Below, one piece after another: positions 63,370-64,000 of a DNA stretch of 64,000 nucleotides (positions are counted from its first letter, which is position 1; every line of letters begins with the position of its first letter). The notes below the pieces were generated by a model. That model saw only the letters and a program-made list of their open reading frames with translations. It did not search any database and was not told where the DNA came from. Origin of the DNA: Scyliorhinus canicula (taxonomy: Eukaryota); assembly GCF_902713615.1 (NCBI RefSeq), contig NC_052154.1, positions 91,829,030 to 91,893,029 of the forward strand, written 5' to 3'. The position numbers and the translations under genes are program-made.

Positions 63370-64000
63370 GAACTGGTTATTCTCCTGCTAACCGTTTCAC
63401 AATAACTATTAGGTTGTAACTGGCAGTGCCTTGCAAAAGTAGTGGGTGGGGTTCGCCGCTTGCCAACGTCAAAATCGCGAAGTGCGATTGGGCAGATAAT
63501 GTCTTCCCATGCCAAAATCGTGGTAGGCACTTTTTTGACATCAAATCAAGATGCTCCAGCACACCGCAAATATGGTAAATACGTCGCTCACTGCACGGGG
63601 TGAAAGTACAGTGGGAAAATCATTTTCGGGCCTGACACCCTCTTCTCCGGGGCATCAGAGATTCACTGCCTCCGATGGGCCGAGTTCCCGACAGCGTGGT
63701 TCATTTGTGGTTTCCAAAGTCATGAACCTGGCGTTGCGGCTTCTGGGCTGCTGAGCTAAAGAGTGCGGAGGCAGGAAATGACGTGGAGTAACTGGATGCT
63801 GCCGGTCCGGACACCAACCGTGCTCACTGGTGTGGGGGCGCCCCTGCCAGGGAAAGGCTAGCGGAGGGGGGGGGCATTCCGAGCAGCCGGGCTGCCCCCC
63901 CCCCACCCAGGACTGGGGCGATGCCCAGGCACGGACTGCCATTGCGGGTGCCATCTTGCTGCGCACCAGCCACCTCGGCCCCGGTTCTGCACAGTGACAC
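63370..64000. mobile_element. Harbinger-derived non-autonomous sequence running off the window
   Basis: GC-rich sequence similar to 57850-58200 (gccattgcgggtgccatcttg, gcccagggcacggactg). Confidence 0.5.

Overview
Vertebrate genomic DNA, very likely an elasmobranch (shark). This rests on many HE1-type V-SINEs that share their 3' tail with CR1 (HER1-type) LINEs. Well over half of the window is transposon-derived: CR1, Rex1/Babar and L1/Tx1 LINEs, at least two SINE families, PIF/Harbinger remnants, a Gmr1-like Gypsy remnant and a solo LTR. Three non-routine components stand out. (1) Positions 1-~7330 are the 3' half of an old endogenous foamy-like (spuma-related) retrovirus. It has a clearly recognisable env TM, then an unusually long accessory region (about 3-4 kb after removing later SINE/LINE insertions) with 3-4 decayed ORFs I cannot assign to a family, and a probable long 3' LTR. 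(2) There is a small cluster of immunoglobulin-superfamily receptor genes whose V exon already contains a J-like strand (single-exon VJ, NKp30/PRARP/VJC1-like). It comprises an apparently intact leader+VJ gene on the minus strand (15867-16428), a leader-VJ-C1-(TM) pseudogene on the plus strand (45195-~51975), and further decayed Ig/TM exons. (3) There is an SNRNP27 retrocopy, three separate short local inverted duplications and a long palindrome. Boundaries of degraded repeats are approximate. Homology calls are from remembered motifs, not database searches.
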